A program made the translations under genes and the position numbers. The notes beneath the pieces are model-generated. The model was not told the DNA's origin. It made no database searches and saw nothing but the letters and a program-made list of their open reading frames with translations. Positions 17,677 to 27,227 of a stretch of 46,059 nt of DNA are shown here, one piece after another. The stretch comes from a virus (Duplodnaviria; Caudoviricetes). Position 1 is the stretch's first letter; each line of letters starts with the position of its first letter. The stretch lies in IMG/VR virus record IMGVR_UViG_3300037464_000033, positions 1-46,059 of that record; one strand, written 5' to 3'.

Positions 17677-17811
17677 ATGAAACCAACAATAACATTTAAC
17701 GGCGGTGAAATTAAAGGAGCTGCGCTCAGAGCATTTTAAACTATAATAGTTGAACTGGAAAAAACTTTTTTAAAAATGATTGAGGAGATAAAAAATGCCA
17801 ATACGCGGTAA
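17677..17811 (+). pseudogene. Short duplicate of the N-terminus of the downstream gp10-like gene with internal TAA
   Basis: TFNGGEIKGAALRAF*TIIVELEKTF vs NFNGTALQGAALRAFERTMKDLGNTF. Confidence 0.7.
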
Positions 17812-18250
17812 GGTTTCTGTTAATTTTAATGGTACTGCTTTACAAGGTGCCGCTTTACGTGCTTTTGAGCGCACAATGAAAGATTTAGGTAATACTTTTC
17901 AAGAAGTCATTAGTGAGGTTGGGGCTTTTTCTGACTTTCCACAAAGTGACATCATTGACACGGGTGCGTTGAAAGAGTCACAAACTGTCGCTTTCCCGTC
18001 TCCTGGTTCTGTTGTGTTTGAGTGGCCTGTAGAATACGCGCCTTATGTTCACGATGGCTATACATTGCGAAATGGCGCGCAACAACCCGGCAGACCTTGG
18101 ACATCCTTGGGCTTGCAAAAGTTCGATCCGGTTATGCAGTACACAGCGAACTTAAATGCTGAACTAGCTTTTGTTCCGATCGCGATGCGTCGAGCTGGAT
18201 TAGTTGCTCGACGCCGACTTACAACCCGATTATCTAACTGGCAGGTTTAA
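17795..18250 (+). CDS. HK97 gp10-like neck/tail completion protein
   Basis: DTGALKES, VEYAPYVHDG, PGRPW motifs. Confidence 0.8.
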   Translation: MPIRGKVSVNFNGTALQGAALRAFERTMKDLGNTFQEVISEVGAFSDFPQSDIIDTGALKESQTVAFPSPGSVVFEWPVEYAPYVHDGYTLRNGAQQPGRPWTSLGLQKFDPVMQYTANLNAELAFVPIAMRRAGLVARRRLTTRLSNWQV

Positions 18251-18252
18251 TT

Positions 18253-21200
18253 ATGTACGGTGGCGTCAGTATTCCAGTCAGTTTGGGTTTAGGTGCTTTC
18301 CAGCAGCAAGTCGGAGTAGCGACGCGAGCACTTCAAGGTGTGGGACTAGCAGGCGGTACAGCAAGTCAAAGAGTTGCCCAAGTTGCGATCGCTGCAAAAC
18401 AATTTGTTAATTTAGCAGTTCCGGCTTCTATTTTTGCCAGCCAAATAGCTCAATCTGTTTTTGGAATGACGCAGCTTTCGACAAAAGTTGCTGCGGTTGC
18501 TAACTTTTTTGCTGCAAACTATTTTCCGTTACCTTTTCTTAATCCTATCAACCAAGGGATACTTCAAACCGTCGTATTTATGCGACAAGCTGGAGCAATT
18601 CAATCTGTCATCTCTTCCGCTATTACAGGTTTTACTAATCTTGGATTTTCAGGGAAACTAGCATTTTCTACGATATTAACTGGTGGATTAGCTGCTGCGC
18701 CTCAAGTAATGGCGTTTTTTCTTAATCAAGCGGCGTTAGTTAATCAAGTATTTGTTGCCGGGTTAATTCCAAATATAATTACAGTCAATGCGTTAATGAC
18801 TACTTATCAAAGTCTTTTCGCAACCGCTTTGGCTAATCCTGTTAGATATACTGACCTTGTTGTTTTGGGAGGAATTCTTAAAGAATTAGTACCTAGAGCA
18901 TCGCTCTTAGGTCAGACATTAAATACTATGATAACTCCTATTAAATTTGGGAGAGCTGCGCAAGGATTTATTGCTTATTTAAATTTACTGGGTACTGAAG
19001 TTACCATGCTTACAACCCAAGTAAATATGCTGACAACAGGACTCGCGGCAAGTGCGGCAAGCTTGATTGGCGGGGGCAGCTTTTTGTTGCCAGGGCAATT
19101 ATCTCCGGGTCCTACTGTTGTTGATATGTTCCAAAATCAGCAAGGGGTAGAAGAAGCCGTACAATATCAAATTCTTACAGACAATTTACGAGCGTTAAAC
19201 GAAACCAGTGGCGCAACCGCAACACAAATAGACAACGTAAATAGGGCAATATTTAGTGTTGGCACAAATACCAAACAAAATATAGACCAAGTTGCAAATA
19301 GCGCTTCTGCATTGAAACGTGCCGGGGTAGACGTAGAAGAATTACCCGCCGCTTTAAAAAGCTTAGGTTATGCCGCTAGTGCCACAAACGAAGATATGAT
19401 GGCACTTGGTAAAACTACACTAGAACTAACAAACGCTTTCACTGGGTTAACAATTCCCGAAGCAGCCGACGTATTAACAGCAATTAGCACACAAACAGGT
19501 GTAGCTACAAATCAATTAGCAACAAGTATAGTTAGTGCTAGCGGAATAGCAAAATCTGCGGGTTTAAATTTCAAAGAAACTGCGCTTTTAATTGGATCTT
19601 TAGGGGCTGCCGGGATTAGTGGAGCCAACGCAAGCGGTACTCTTGAAGCAGCAATAACATCTTTACAAGGAATAGCAGGCGATTACAATAAAAATACTAA
19701 ATCAAATGGTGTGTCCGCTCTTAGCGCTCTTGGGCTTTCTAAATCAGATATAGTTGACGCTAGTGGCAACGTAAATAGTATTGAATCTATTATTCAAGCT
19801 TTTCAAGGTCGAATTGCAGAATTTAATAGTGCAGGCAAACAGAGTCAAGTTGCACCTTTGGTTTCTCAAATTTTTGGGTCACAAAGTAGCAATGAAATGT
19901 TGGCTTTGTTTAATCAATCTTCATCTGCACTTAATGAGCTAAAACAATCAATTAATAATGCTGGTGGTGTCAGTCAGAAAGTCAGTGACAGTCAGATGAC
20001 TTCTTTGGCTGGAACTTTAGACAGATTAACTGATGGCGCTCGTGCTGTTTCAATTACTGTCGGTCAATTCTTGAGTCCGATTTTAAGCGGATTTTTGCAG
20101 CCAGTCGCGGCGTTGACAGAAGGGTTTTTAAAGTTACCTCCTGCGCTGCAACTGACGGCGCTGTCTCTCAGCGTTGTCGGACCGTTGGCTTTGGTGGTAT
20201 TTCAAGGCACAAAGCCTTTGGTAACTTGGACTAAGTTATGGGCGGCAGCTCAAGTTGCTGCTGGTGTTGCTGCTGATATTTTTACAGGCAAGCTTACAGC
20301 TTTGCAAGTAAAACAAGCTATTACCGCGCAATGGACAGAAATTACTACTAAGGTTACACAAGCTTATTCTTTTGCGTTAGGTGTACTAACAGGTCAAATA
20401 AGTGCCGCAGAGGCTAAGCAAACTATTTTAAATGCAAGTCAAGCATTTGGTGCTGCCAATGCAAGAGAATTTTTTAATACTACCCAAACTTCTATTGCAA
20501 TATTAGGAGATTACGCAAAGCATTTATTAATTGGTACAACTAACATTAGATTGTTTTCAGTTTCTCAGTTAGCCAGTGCAGCAGCTACTGGGATTAAGAA
20601 TACAATTACAAATACAGCAATTGCTCTTACTAAAGCGCAAACCTATGTAGACTTAGCGCAAAATGCTGTTACATTAACTCAGGTTGGAATAAACAAAATA
20701 GTTAGTGGATCTATCGCAGCAAAAACATTTGTTTTGGGATTGTTCACTAGGCAACAGGCTACGGCAAACACGCAGCAATCGCTTAGTACAACTATTTCAT
20801 TAATAGCCGCTCAAGCTAAGAATATTTATGCAATTGCCGTAGGACGAGCATCAGCGGCAACCCTAGGATTTATTGGTACGATGGCAACACTGGCGGTTAG
20901 GTTTGCACTTCTTACTGCCGCTGCTTGGGCTGTATCGCAAGCCTGGAATTCATTTTCGGCGGGAGTCAAGGAAGCTAATGGTATCAAAGAAACTGCTGAC
21001 AACATCAATAAACTAACGACTGAGTTAACTGGATTACAAACAAAAGCTAATGACTCTGGGAATGCTTTTCAACAATTTTGGGAAACTGTACAAAAGAAGG
21101 GGCCGATCGAGGCTGTTCAACAAGGATTGTCTAAGGTAACTAGCGGGTTACCGAATGATACTTATGGTAAAGATTTTTCTATAATTACTAATTCCCAGCT

Positions 21201-24200
21201 AGCCGCACAACGGGCTATGTTTGCGACAGAACAGGTTTCTAAAGCTGTTAACACCCAGTTAGAACTAGGCGTTGGAGTTATGCAGAAATACGGTGTAGAG
21301 ACTTTAGATGCTGCTGACAAACAGCGACTAGGAGCGCAAGAGATAGCTGATTTTAAAGCGGAAGCTACTCGACAAGTAGATACTTTAAATAAAACCCTAG
21401 AAGCATTAAAAGCTCAACAGCCTGTCAATGATGAACAAAAAGCATTTATTCAAACTAATATAAAATTAACCGAGCAACAAGTTAGGATTTTGCGCGGTAA
21501 AATTGTTGCGTTAGAATCTGAAACCGCTACAACAAAAGTTCATATTTTGACACTAGATGAATTAACTAAAAAATATAAAGAAGTAGCTTATGCTTCTGAA
21601 TTGGCAACCCAGAAGTCTGTCGCATCAATTGAAGAAAGAGTTGCCAAAGGCAAGGGTCGCGGTGGTATTGACCAAGAACAAGGTGAAAAACTTAAATTAG
21701 GGTTAGATAAAGTTAGCGTTACTGAACGCACTCGATCGAATACCAGTCAACTCAAAGATTTAAAAGCTGCAAGCATTGGAGCAAAACCAGAAGATGCGGT
21801 CAAGATTGCTGAAGAAATTAAGCGTTTAGAGTTAGATCAAGTAAAAACTAGGATTGACGCAGCTAAACTTGAACAGCAAGCGCGCCAAAACCTTAATCAA
21901 GAAATTTTAGGAAATGTCAAGGAGCGAGAAGACGCAGTAACGGCCAAGCAGCAGTTATCTAGTCAAAGTCAGATAACGGCGATCAAGAAAGCTCAAGCTG
22001 CTAGAACGTATTCCGCCGAAGAAGCAGCAGCTAAAATTGCCGCAATCGAATCCTCCGACCTACAAGCATCGATCGCCCACGAAACCGAGAAGCAGCAGAA
22101 ACTGAATCAACTCCGGCAATGGGGCGTGATTTCTGAAGAAGAAGCCCGAAAAGAGATGCGCGAGTCCGTAGGCGAAGTCGCCAAGATTCAAGGACAAATT
22201 GCCGAAGCCGGGCTGAAAAAAACTGAAGAGCAAGCTGCAGCACAACTTAAGTCAATTAAAGACCGGGAAGAGTCGCTGGCAACTGCTCAAGAGTTGTCGA
22301 GCCAGACTCAAATAACAGCCATCAAAAAAGCGCAAGCGACTAAAGTCTATTCGGCAGAAGAGGCGGCGGCAAAGATTGGTGCGATCGAAACGGCGGATTT
22401 GCAGGCATCACTCAACCGAGAAGTCCAGAAACAACAGACTCTAAAACAGTTGCAGCAACGGGGGTTGATCTCTGAAGAAGAAGCGAGAAAAGGTATTGGC
22501 GAAGCTGGAATTGCGATTGCCAAAACCCAAGGTCAACTTGCCGAAGCCGAAGTCAAGAAATCCGAAGAACGGGTAGCAGCAAGAGTCAAAGCGATCGAAG
22601 AACGTGCTAAATTTGCCAAACTCAGACCCGAACAAGAACTAGCAAAACTAGACGCCAAATCGTTTGCAAGCGACCAGCAAGGAAAATTGGCGACAGCTCA
22701 ATCAGGAGTAGGTGAAGCTCGATCGGAACTAGACAAGCAGCGCTTAGGGTTTGCCTTGCAGTTGGCTGAACTCAACAACAATCAGTCGCAGCAAGAGCAA
22801 ATTAAGGGACAAATATATCAGCAGCAGTTAGTATCGCTGACTCAACAGCAAGAATCTAAGCGACAAGAATTAGCACTGAGTCAGCAGCAGCAGGCGATCG
22901 AGCTTGAGCGCAAACGCATCCAGTCTGAAATTGCTGTACTTGAGGGACAGTCCGCCCTACAAGTTGCCCAAGCTCAGAGTGCATCCGCTTCCGAAATTGC
23001 AGCGCTGCAACAGTCGATCACGCTCAAGCAGCAAATTGTCGCGCAGGTTGCCACCGAACAAGCCAACCAGGGCAAACTCAACAGTTTGTCAAGCGAGCAG
23101 TTAGCCATTCAGCAGCAGACGGCTAAAGAAGGATTAGTGCAGCAACGCCAGATTGATTTGCAGCGCGAGGCGATCGAGAAAAAAACCAAAGCCATTGAGG
23201 AAGGACTGAACCGGGCGCGGGCGCTATCTGAAGCACAGTCACAGAAACTAGAATTTAAAGGACAGGACATTGGCGCTGAAATCAGCAAGCAGAAGCTATT
23301 AGCCGACATTTCCCAGTCTCAATCCAACTTGCAAAAACAGCGTTTAGAATTCAGTTTGCAAACCACAGAACTGACAGGTCGAGAATCAACTAAGGAGCAA
23401 CTTAAGCAGCAAATTTATCAGCAGCAGCAAGCATCTTTAATTGCCCAACACCAAGCCCAAAAGACCAGCTTAAATCTTTCCAACCAGCAGGCAGCGATCG
23501 AGCTAGAACGCAAGCGCATCCAAGGGGAAATTGCACTGCTAGAGGCTCAGGCAAACCTAGAATCAGCTCAAGCCAAGAACGCATCAGCCTCCGAAATTAG
23601 CAGCTTGCAAGCGGTTATTAGCTTGCGTCAAAAGTCGGTTGACTATATTTCAACAGAGGAAGCCAATCAGAACAAAATCAACCAGCTAACCAGCCAGCAC
23701 CTTACTTTAGAGCAGCAAATCGCTAGAGAAGGGATGGAGCAGCAGCGCCAACTGGAAATGCAGAAGCTGGCGATCGAGAAACGGACTAAGGCTATTGAGG
23801 ACGGGTTAATTCGATCGCGCACTGCAATGGAGGGGCAATCGCAAAACCTAGAATTCAAAGGGCAAGCGGTCGGCGGGGATATTGACAAACAGAAAGGCGT
23901 TGCCGATTTGCAGCAGTCCCAAGCTGCGTTGCAAAAACAGCAGCTTGACTTTGCCCTACAGCGCGCTGAGCTTACCGGAAACGAATCAGCCAAAGAGCAA
24001 ATTAAGGAACAAATTTACCAGCAACAGAAAGCCGCCTTAGTTGCCCAGCAACAAGCTCAAATAGTAGGAATTGGATTATCCCGCCAGCAAGCAGCGATCG
24101 AACTTGAGCGACAAAAACTATCTGCACAAATTGCACTCACCGAAGCACAAGCCAATTTAGCCAAAGCGCAAGTCACCAAAACTACCTCAGCAGCCGAAAT

Positions 24201-25818
24201 AGAATCGTTGCGGGCGGCAGTCGGTTACAGGCAGCAAGCGCTCGGTCAAATTACCGCGCAAGCAGCAGTCAGCAAGCAGGTGCAGTCAACCGAGGATCAG
24301 AAGCTTGCGATAGAACGCCAGACGACAATGGAAAATCTGGTGCAGACTCGCGAATTGGAGCGCCAGAAAGAAGCGATCGAGAAACAGAAGCAGGCAATTG
24401 AGGAAAGGTTGCAGGCTCAAAAGTCGGGATTAGAAAACCGCCAAGGCAAACTGGAACTCTCAAATCAGTTGCTAGATTTGGAGTCGCGGCAGTTGTCGGC
24501 TCGATCGGGATTAGCTGAAGCAACCAACGGGCTAGAGCAGCAGCGTTTAGAATTCTTGATGTCCCAGGCTGAGATTACGGGCAACACGGCTCAGAAGGAA
24601 CAGCTCAAGACCCAGCTATATCAACAGCAGTTAGCCGCCCTGGATCGATCGCAGCAAGCGCAGCAGCAATCGTTTGAGATTAGCCAGAAACAGAAACAGA
24701 TTGAGCTAGACAGGCAAGAAATTCAAGCTAAAATTGCCACTTTTGAAGCCGAGGCTAACATTGCCAAAGCCAAAGCCGACAACAGTTCCGCTCAGCAAAT
24801 CTCGGCGCTGCAATCAGTCTATAAACTCAGGCAAGAAGCCTTGGGTCAACTTAGTCAAATGCGAACAGCCGAAGGACAAATCGCCAACCTTGAGCGGCAA
24901 AAGTTGAACACCGAGCAATTATCAGCGCGGGAAAAATTGCGCCAGACGAATCAGCTTGAAAAAATGAAGCAAGCATATGACGCAAATAATAAAGCTCTTG
25001 AAAAGAAAAAAGAGCTAGAAAAACCAGAGCCTGTTAATACAAGTGGTGGCATCACTTGGATGGATCAAGCCCAGGGCCCGTGGTTTGAAAATGCCAAAAA
25101 TCCATTCCAAGAAACTGCCGAAAAATATTTTGCTGCATCGATCCCGCCTGATTTAGCACCGATCACACCGGACGCACTTAAAACCGACTTGTTAGTAACA
25201 GGTAAAACACCAGACACCGCGCAACAGTTAGCTAATATGCAAGTAACGGCTCAGAACGTGTATTTGGCTGGAACCGTTGCAGAAGTCCAAAAACCTGCTG
25301 ACTGGATTTCTAAAACACTTGCTGACATCAGCGCTCCGGTTGTCCAAGTTCAACCGATGGATGTAACGGCTCAACGAGAAGCTGCCAAAGCTAAAGTCGA
25401 GCAAGCACAATCCGCGCTGTCGGCTGCGATCGCCCGTCAGAATGCAGAAGCTAGAAGTTTGACTATCGATCCAGCCGAGGCCGCAAGGCAAGGCTTGCAG
25501 GCTGCGGCCTCGGCTAGGGATTTTGCGGCTCAGATTCGAGCAGACCTAAAATCGGGCGCGCTCAAAAACCAGGTAACAGGACAGACGGTTGCACTCAACT
25601 TACCCCCCACCTTGGCAGAGTTAGCATCAAACGTCGCAAAAGCAGAAGCCACGCTGAAAGAAATTAAAGACCCTGTTACGCTAGACTCGATTTATAAATC
25701 AATGGAAGAAATCAAAGGAATATTGAAGAACTTGCCCACAGGAAATCTGACCGTGGTTTCTCAAAACCCGGTTGCTGAATGTAACGAAATTTTGAATGCA
25801 CTTACCAGGAGGCGCTAA
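18253..25818 (+). CDS. Tape measure protein (TP901-like core, long internal repeats)
   Basis: 2521 aa, Ala/Gln-rich; AADVL, ETALLIGSLGAAGISGANASG; hydrophobic segments; coiled-coil repeats. Confidence 0.93.
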   Translation: MYGGVSIPVSLGLGAFQQQVGVATRALQGVGLAGGTASQRVAQVAIAAKQFVNLAVPASIFASQIAQSVFGMTQLSTKVAAVANFFAANYFPLPFLNPINQGILQTVVFMRQAGAIQSVISSAITGFTNLGFSGKLAFSTILTGGLAAAPQVMAFFLNQAALVNQVFVAGLIPNIITVNALMTTYQSLFATALANPVRYTDLVVLGGILKELVPRASLLGQTLNTMITPIKFGRAAQGFIAYLNLLGTEVTMLTTQVNMLTTGLAASAASLIGGGSFLLPGQLSPGPTVVDMFQNQQGVEEAVQYQILTDNLRALNETSGATATQIDNVNRAIFSVGTNTKQNIDQVANSASALKRAGVDVEELPAALKSLGYAASATNEDMMALGKTTLELTNAFTGLTIPEAADVLTAISTQTGVATNQLATSIVSASGIAKSAGLNFKETALLIGSLGAAGISGANASGTLEAAITSLQGIAGDYNKNTKSNGVSALSALGLSKSDIVDASGNVNSIESIIQAFQGRIAEFNSAGKQSQVAPLVSQIFGSQSSNEMLALFNQSSSALNELKQSINNAGGVSQKVSDSQMTSLAGTLDRLTDGARAVSITVGQFLSPILSGFLQPVAALTEGFLKLPPALQLTALSLSVVGPLALVVFQGTKPLVTWTKLWAAAQVAAGVAADIFTGKLTALQVKQAITAQWTEITTKVTQAYSFALGVLTGQISAAEAKQTILNASQAFGAANAREFFNTTQTSIAILGDYAKHLLIGTTNIRLFSVSQLASAAATGIKNTITNTAIALTKAQTYVDLAQNAVTLTQVGINKIVSGSIAAKTFVLGLFTRQQATANTQQSLSTTISLIAAQAKNIYAIAVGRASAATLGFIGTMATLAVRFALLTAAAWAVSQAWNSFSAGVKEANGIKETADNINKLTTELTGLQTKANDSGNAFQQFWETVQKKGPIEAVQQGLSKVTSGLPNDTYGKDFSIITNSQLAAQRAMFATEQVSKAVNTQLELGVGVMQKYGVETLDAADKQRLGAQEIADFKAEATRQVDTLNKTLEALKAQQPVNDEQKAFIQTNIKLTEQQVRILRGKIVALESETATTKVHILTLDELTKKYKEVAYASELATQKSVASIEERVAKGKGRGGIDQEQGEKLKLGLDKVSVTERTRSNTSQLKDLKAASIGAKPEDAVKIAEEIKRLELDQVKTRIDAAKLEQQARQNLNQEILGNVKEREDAVTAKQQLSSQSQITAIKKAQAARTYSAEEAAAKIAAIESSDLQASIAHETEKQQKLNQLRQWGVISEEEARKEMRESVGEVAKIQGQIAEAGLKKTEEQAAAQLKSIKDREESLATAQELSSQTQITAIKKAQATKVYSAEEAAAKIGAIETADLQASLNREVQKQQTLKQLQQRGLISEEEARKGIGEAGIAIAKTQGQLAEAEVKKSEERVAARVKAIEERAKFAKLRPEQELAKLDAKSFASDQQGKLATAQSGVGEARSELDKQRLGFALQLAELNNNQSQQEQIKGQIYQQQLVSLTQQQESKRQELALSQQQQAIELERKRIQSEIAVLEGQSALQVAQAQSASASEIAALQQSITLKQQIVAQVATEQANQGKLNSLSSEQLAIQQQTAKEGLVQQRQIDLQREAIEKKTKAIEEGLNRARALSEAQSQKLEFKGQDIGAEISKQKLLADISQSQSNLQKQRLEFSLQTTELTGRESTKEQLKQQIYQQQQASLIAQHQAQKTSLNLSNQQAAIELERKRIQGEIALLEAQANLESAQAKNASASEISSLQAVISLRQKSVDYISTEEANQNKINQLTSQHLTLEQQIAREGMEQQRQLEMQKLAIEKRTKAIEDGLIRSRTAMEGQSQNLEFKGQAVGGDIDKQKGVADLQQSQAALQKQQLDFALQRAELTGNESAKEQIKEQIYQQQKAALVAQQQAQIVGIGLSRQQAAIELERQKLSAQIALTEAQANLAKAQVTKTTSAAEIESLRAAVGYRQQALGQITAQAAVSKQVQSTEDQKLAIERQTTMENLVQTRELERQKEAIEKQKQAIEERLQAQKSGLENRQGKLELSNQLLDLESRQLSARSGLAEATNGLEQQRLEFLMSQAEITGNTAQKEQLKTQLYQQQLAALDRSQQAQQQSFEISQKQKQIELDRQEIQAKIATFEAEANIAKAKADNSSAQQISALQSVYKLRQEALGQLSQMRTAEGQIANLERQKLNTEQLSAREKLRQTNQLEKMKQAYDANNKALEKKKELEKPEPVNTSGGITWMDQAQGPWFENAKNPFQETAEKYFAASIPPDLAPITPDALKTDLLVTGKTPDTAQQLANMQVTAQNVYLAGTVAEVQKPADWISKTLADISAPVVQVQPMDVTAQREAAKAKVEQAQSALSAAIARQNAEARSLTIDPAEAARQGLQAAASARDFAAQIRADLKSGALKNQVTGQTVALNLPPTLAELASNVAKAEATLKEIKDPVTLDSIYKSMEEIKGILKNLPTGNLTVVSQNPVAECNEILNALTRRR
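21919..22596 (+). repeat. Two 113-aa (339-bp) tandem repeats in TMP
   Basis: LSSQ(S/T)QITAIKKAQA...YSAEEAAAKI...ISEEEARK repeated at 21919 and 22258. Confidence 0.85.
22590..24960 (+). repeat. Four ~200-aa (600/600/603-bp) tandem repeats in TMP
   Basis: (R/Q)L(G/E/D)F...EQ(I/L)K.Q(I/L)YQQQ anchors at 22741, 23341, 23941 and 24544. Confidence 0.85.
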
Positions 25819-26312
25819 TGCCTTACCCAACGATTGAAGACTATCCATATTTGAAATTAGAGATTGACGGCAAATCAGTTATACTAAATCAGTTTACCAG
25901 CTATTCTAGAAAACGCTTGCACGGGGCAAACGTAGATTACGCTTTTAGTGGTAACGCTAATATCAAGCGAACGCCACACGAACCAAAGCATTTATGGACC
26001 GTCACCGCCTTAATAGATTGGACGACCAGAAACCAGTTTTTGCTATTAACTGAATTAGCGGATATTAAAATATTTACTCCACCATTTAACGCTTACAAAA
26101 TAACTTTAAGTGATGTATTTTTGAGCTTAGTTGAACCGTCAATCTCTCGCCCAAAAGCTGAGCCGTTCCAGTCAGTCGGCATGATCGGAGACATTGAATA
26201 TTTTGCAAAGTTCTTAGTGGCAATTCCCTTGAGTTCGATTGAAGAACAACCAAATGGTGACTGGGTGGAGTTAAGTTTTATAATGAATGAATTGGAAAAA
26301 CTTACCTTGTAA
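25818..26312 (+). CDS. Putative distal tail (Dit-like) protein
   Basis: Coupled to the TMP stop (TAATG); 164 aa, beta-rich. Confidence 0.6.
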   Translation: MPYPTIEDYPYLKLEIDGKSVILNQFTSYSRKRLHGANVDYAFSGNANIKRTPHEPKHLWTVTALIDWTTRNQFLLLTELADIKIFTPPFNAYKITLSDVFLSLVEPSISRPKAEPFQSVGMIGDIEYFAKFLVAIPLSSIEEQPNGDWVELSFIMNELEKLTL

Positions 26313-26319
26313 AACTGAA

Positions 26320-26556
26320 ATGGCACTGATAAATTTTTTGTGGTCATTGTTTAAAAGCAAAAACTCTATTACCTTGGAATCGGTTTACAATCTTTTGCTA
26401 GAGGTAAAAGAAACCCAGGTTAAGCAGCAAAAACTAATAGAAGAAATGTCAGCTAAATTATTACCTGTTGGTAATTTAACGGTTGTTTCCCAAAACCCTG
26501 TCGCTGAATGTGGGGAAATTTTGAGCGTTCTTACCAGGAGACGAGCTGTAAAGTAA
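26320..26556 (+). CDS. 78-aa mini-paralog of the TMP C-terminus
   Basis: LPVGNLTVVSQNPVAECGEILSVLTRRR vs TMP LPTGNLTVVSQNPVAECNEILNALTRRR (24/28 identical). Confidence 0.78.
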   Translation: MALINFLWSLFKSKNSITLESVYNLLLEVKETQVKQQKLIEEMSAKLLPVGNLTVVSQNPVAECGEILSVLTRRRAVK

Positions 26557-26568
26557 AAATTAAAACAG

Positions 26569-26597
26569 CAGACCCCGCTCATTTCTAAACGGGGCTG
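26569..26597. terminator. Hairpin between convergent genes
   Basis: CAG(A)CCCCG...CGGGGCTG. Confidence 0.45.
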
Positions 26598-26606
26598 ATT
26601 GACGGA

Positions 26607-27083
26607 TTAACCTCCGTACATACTGTCAATGTCTTCGCGATTAAACTTCAATCCGCGCTGATACTCTTCTTGTGTCCACTTCAAAACGTGTGGGTTTACT
26701 GTGCCAAGCGTCAGTAAGTCCACAATCCAAATATTGACCTCTGCCTGGAATTCAGGGTTAGACATAGCATAAGACATAGCTACGTAGGGATGAAGCCAAA
26801 CCTTCTGGTCGCCTTTCAGATCGTATTGAATTAAAGCTGACGCACTCTGGGAGGATTCTCCCAGGGTGCCATTAAACCTTTGCTCTAAAGGCATTCCAGA
26901 CTTTTCGCTTAATCGAGTTAGCAGTCGCTTCGCAAAATCTGTCTTTTTCCAGTCTGTAAGGCGTTTGCCTAAAATTGCGCTCATATCACTGGCAGAGAAA
27001 TAACCGTCTTTTTGGCGAATCTCTACTTTTCGCCCGTTATACTCTGGAAACTGGTCAAACCACGATACCATTAGTTTAGACAT
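26607..27083 (-). CDS. KilA-N domain DNA-binding protein
   Basis: YNGRKVEIRQKDGYFSASDM...GKRLTDW...VWLHPYVAMSYA...PEF. Confidence 0.88.
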   Translation of the reverse strand: MSKLMVSWFDQFPEYNGRKVEIRQKDGYFSASDMSAILGKRLTDWKKTDFAKRLLTRLSEKSGMPLEQRFNGTLGESSQSASALIQYDLKGDQKVWLHPYVAMSYAMSNPEFQAEVNIWIVDLLTLGTVNPHVLKWTQEEYQRGLKFNREDIDSMYGG

Positions 27084-27085
27084 TT

Positions 27086-27180
27086 AACTCTCCATCTTAG
27101 AGTTGAGTGTTTAGTTAAGGGCAAATCGTTAGCGCGATCGCCCTTAACGCTATATCTATTTTATCTTAATTGTGCAATTA
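27086..27180 (-). promoter_or_regulatory. KilA-N leader: operator-like palindrome, -10 TAAAAT, leader hairpin and SD-sequestering hairpin
   Basis: TAATTG-TG-CAATTA (27167-27180); GTTAAGGGC...GCCCTTAAC (27114-27148); AACTCT-AAGATGG-AGAGTT over the RBS (27086-27104). Confidence 0.5.
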
Positions 27181-27227
27181 TTCACAGTTTAAATAACTTA
27201 CATATAGGCAATATTCGCTAATAATTT

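Noticed and set aside
22590-24960. CRISPR-like or non-coding repeat array
   Set aside because: Repeats are in-frame, degenerate and protein-coding; no short identical repeats with spacers were seen anywhere in the window.
25732-26544. Repeat pair as DGR template/variable regions
   Set aside because: Differences are mostly synonymous third positions of all base types, not adenine-specific, and no reverse transcriptase is present.
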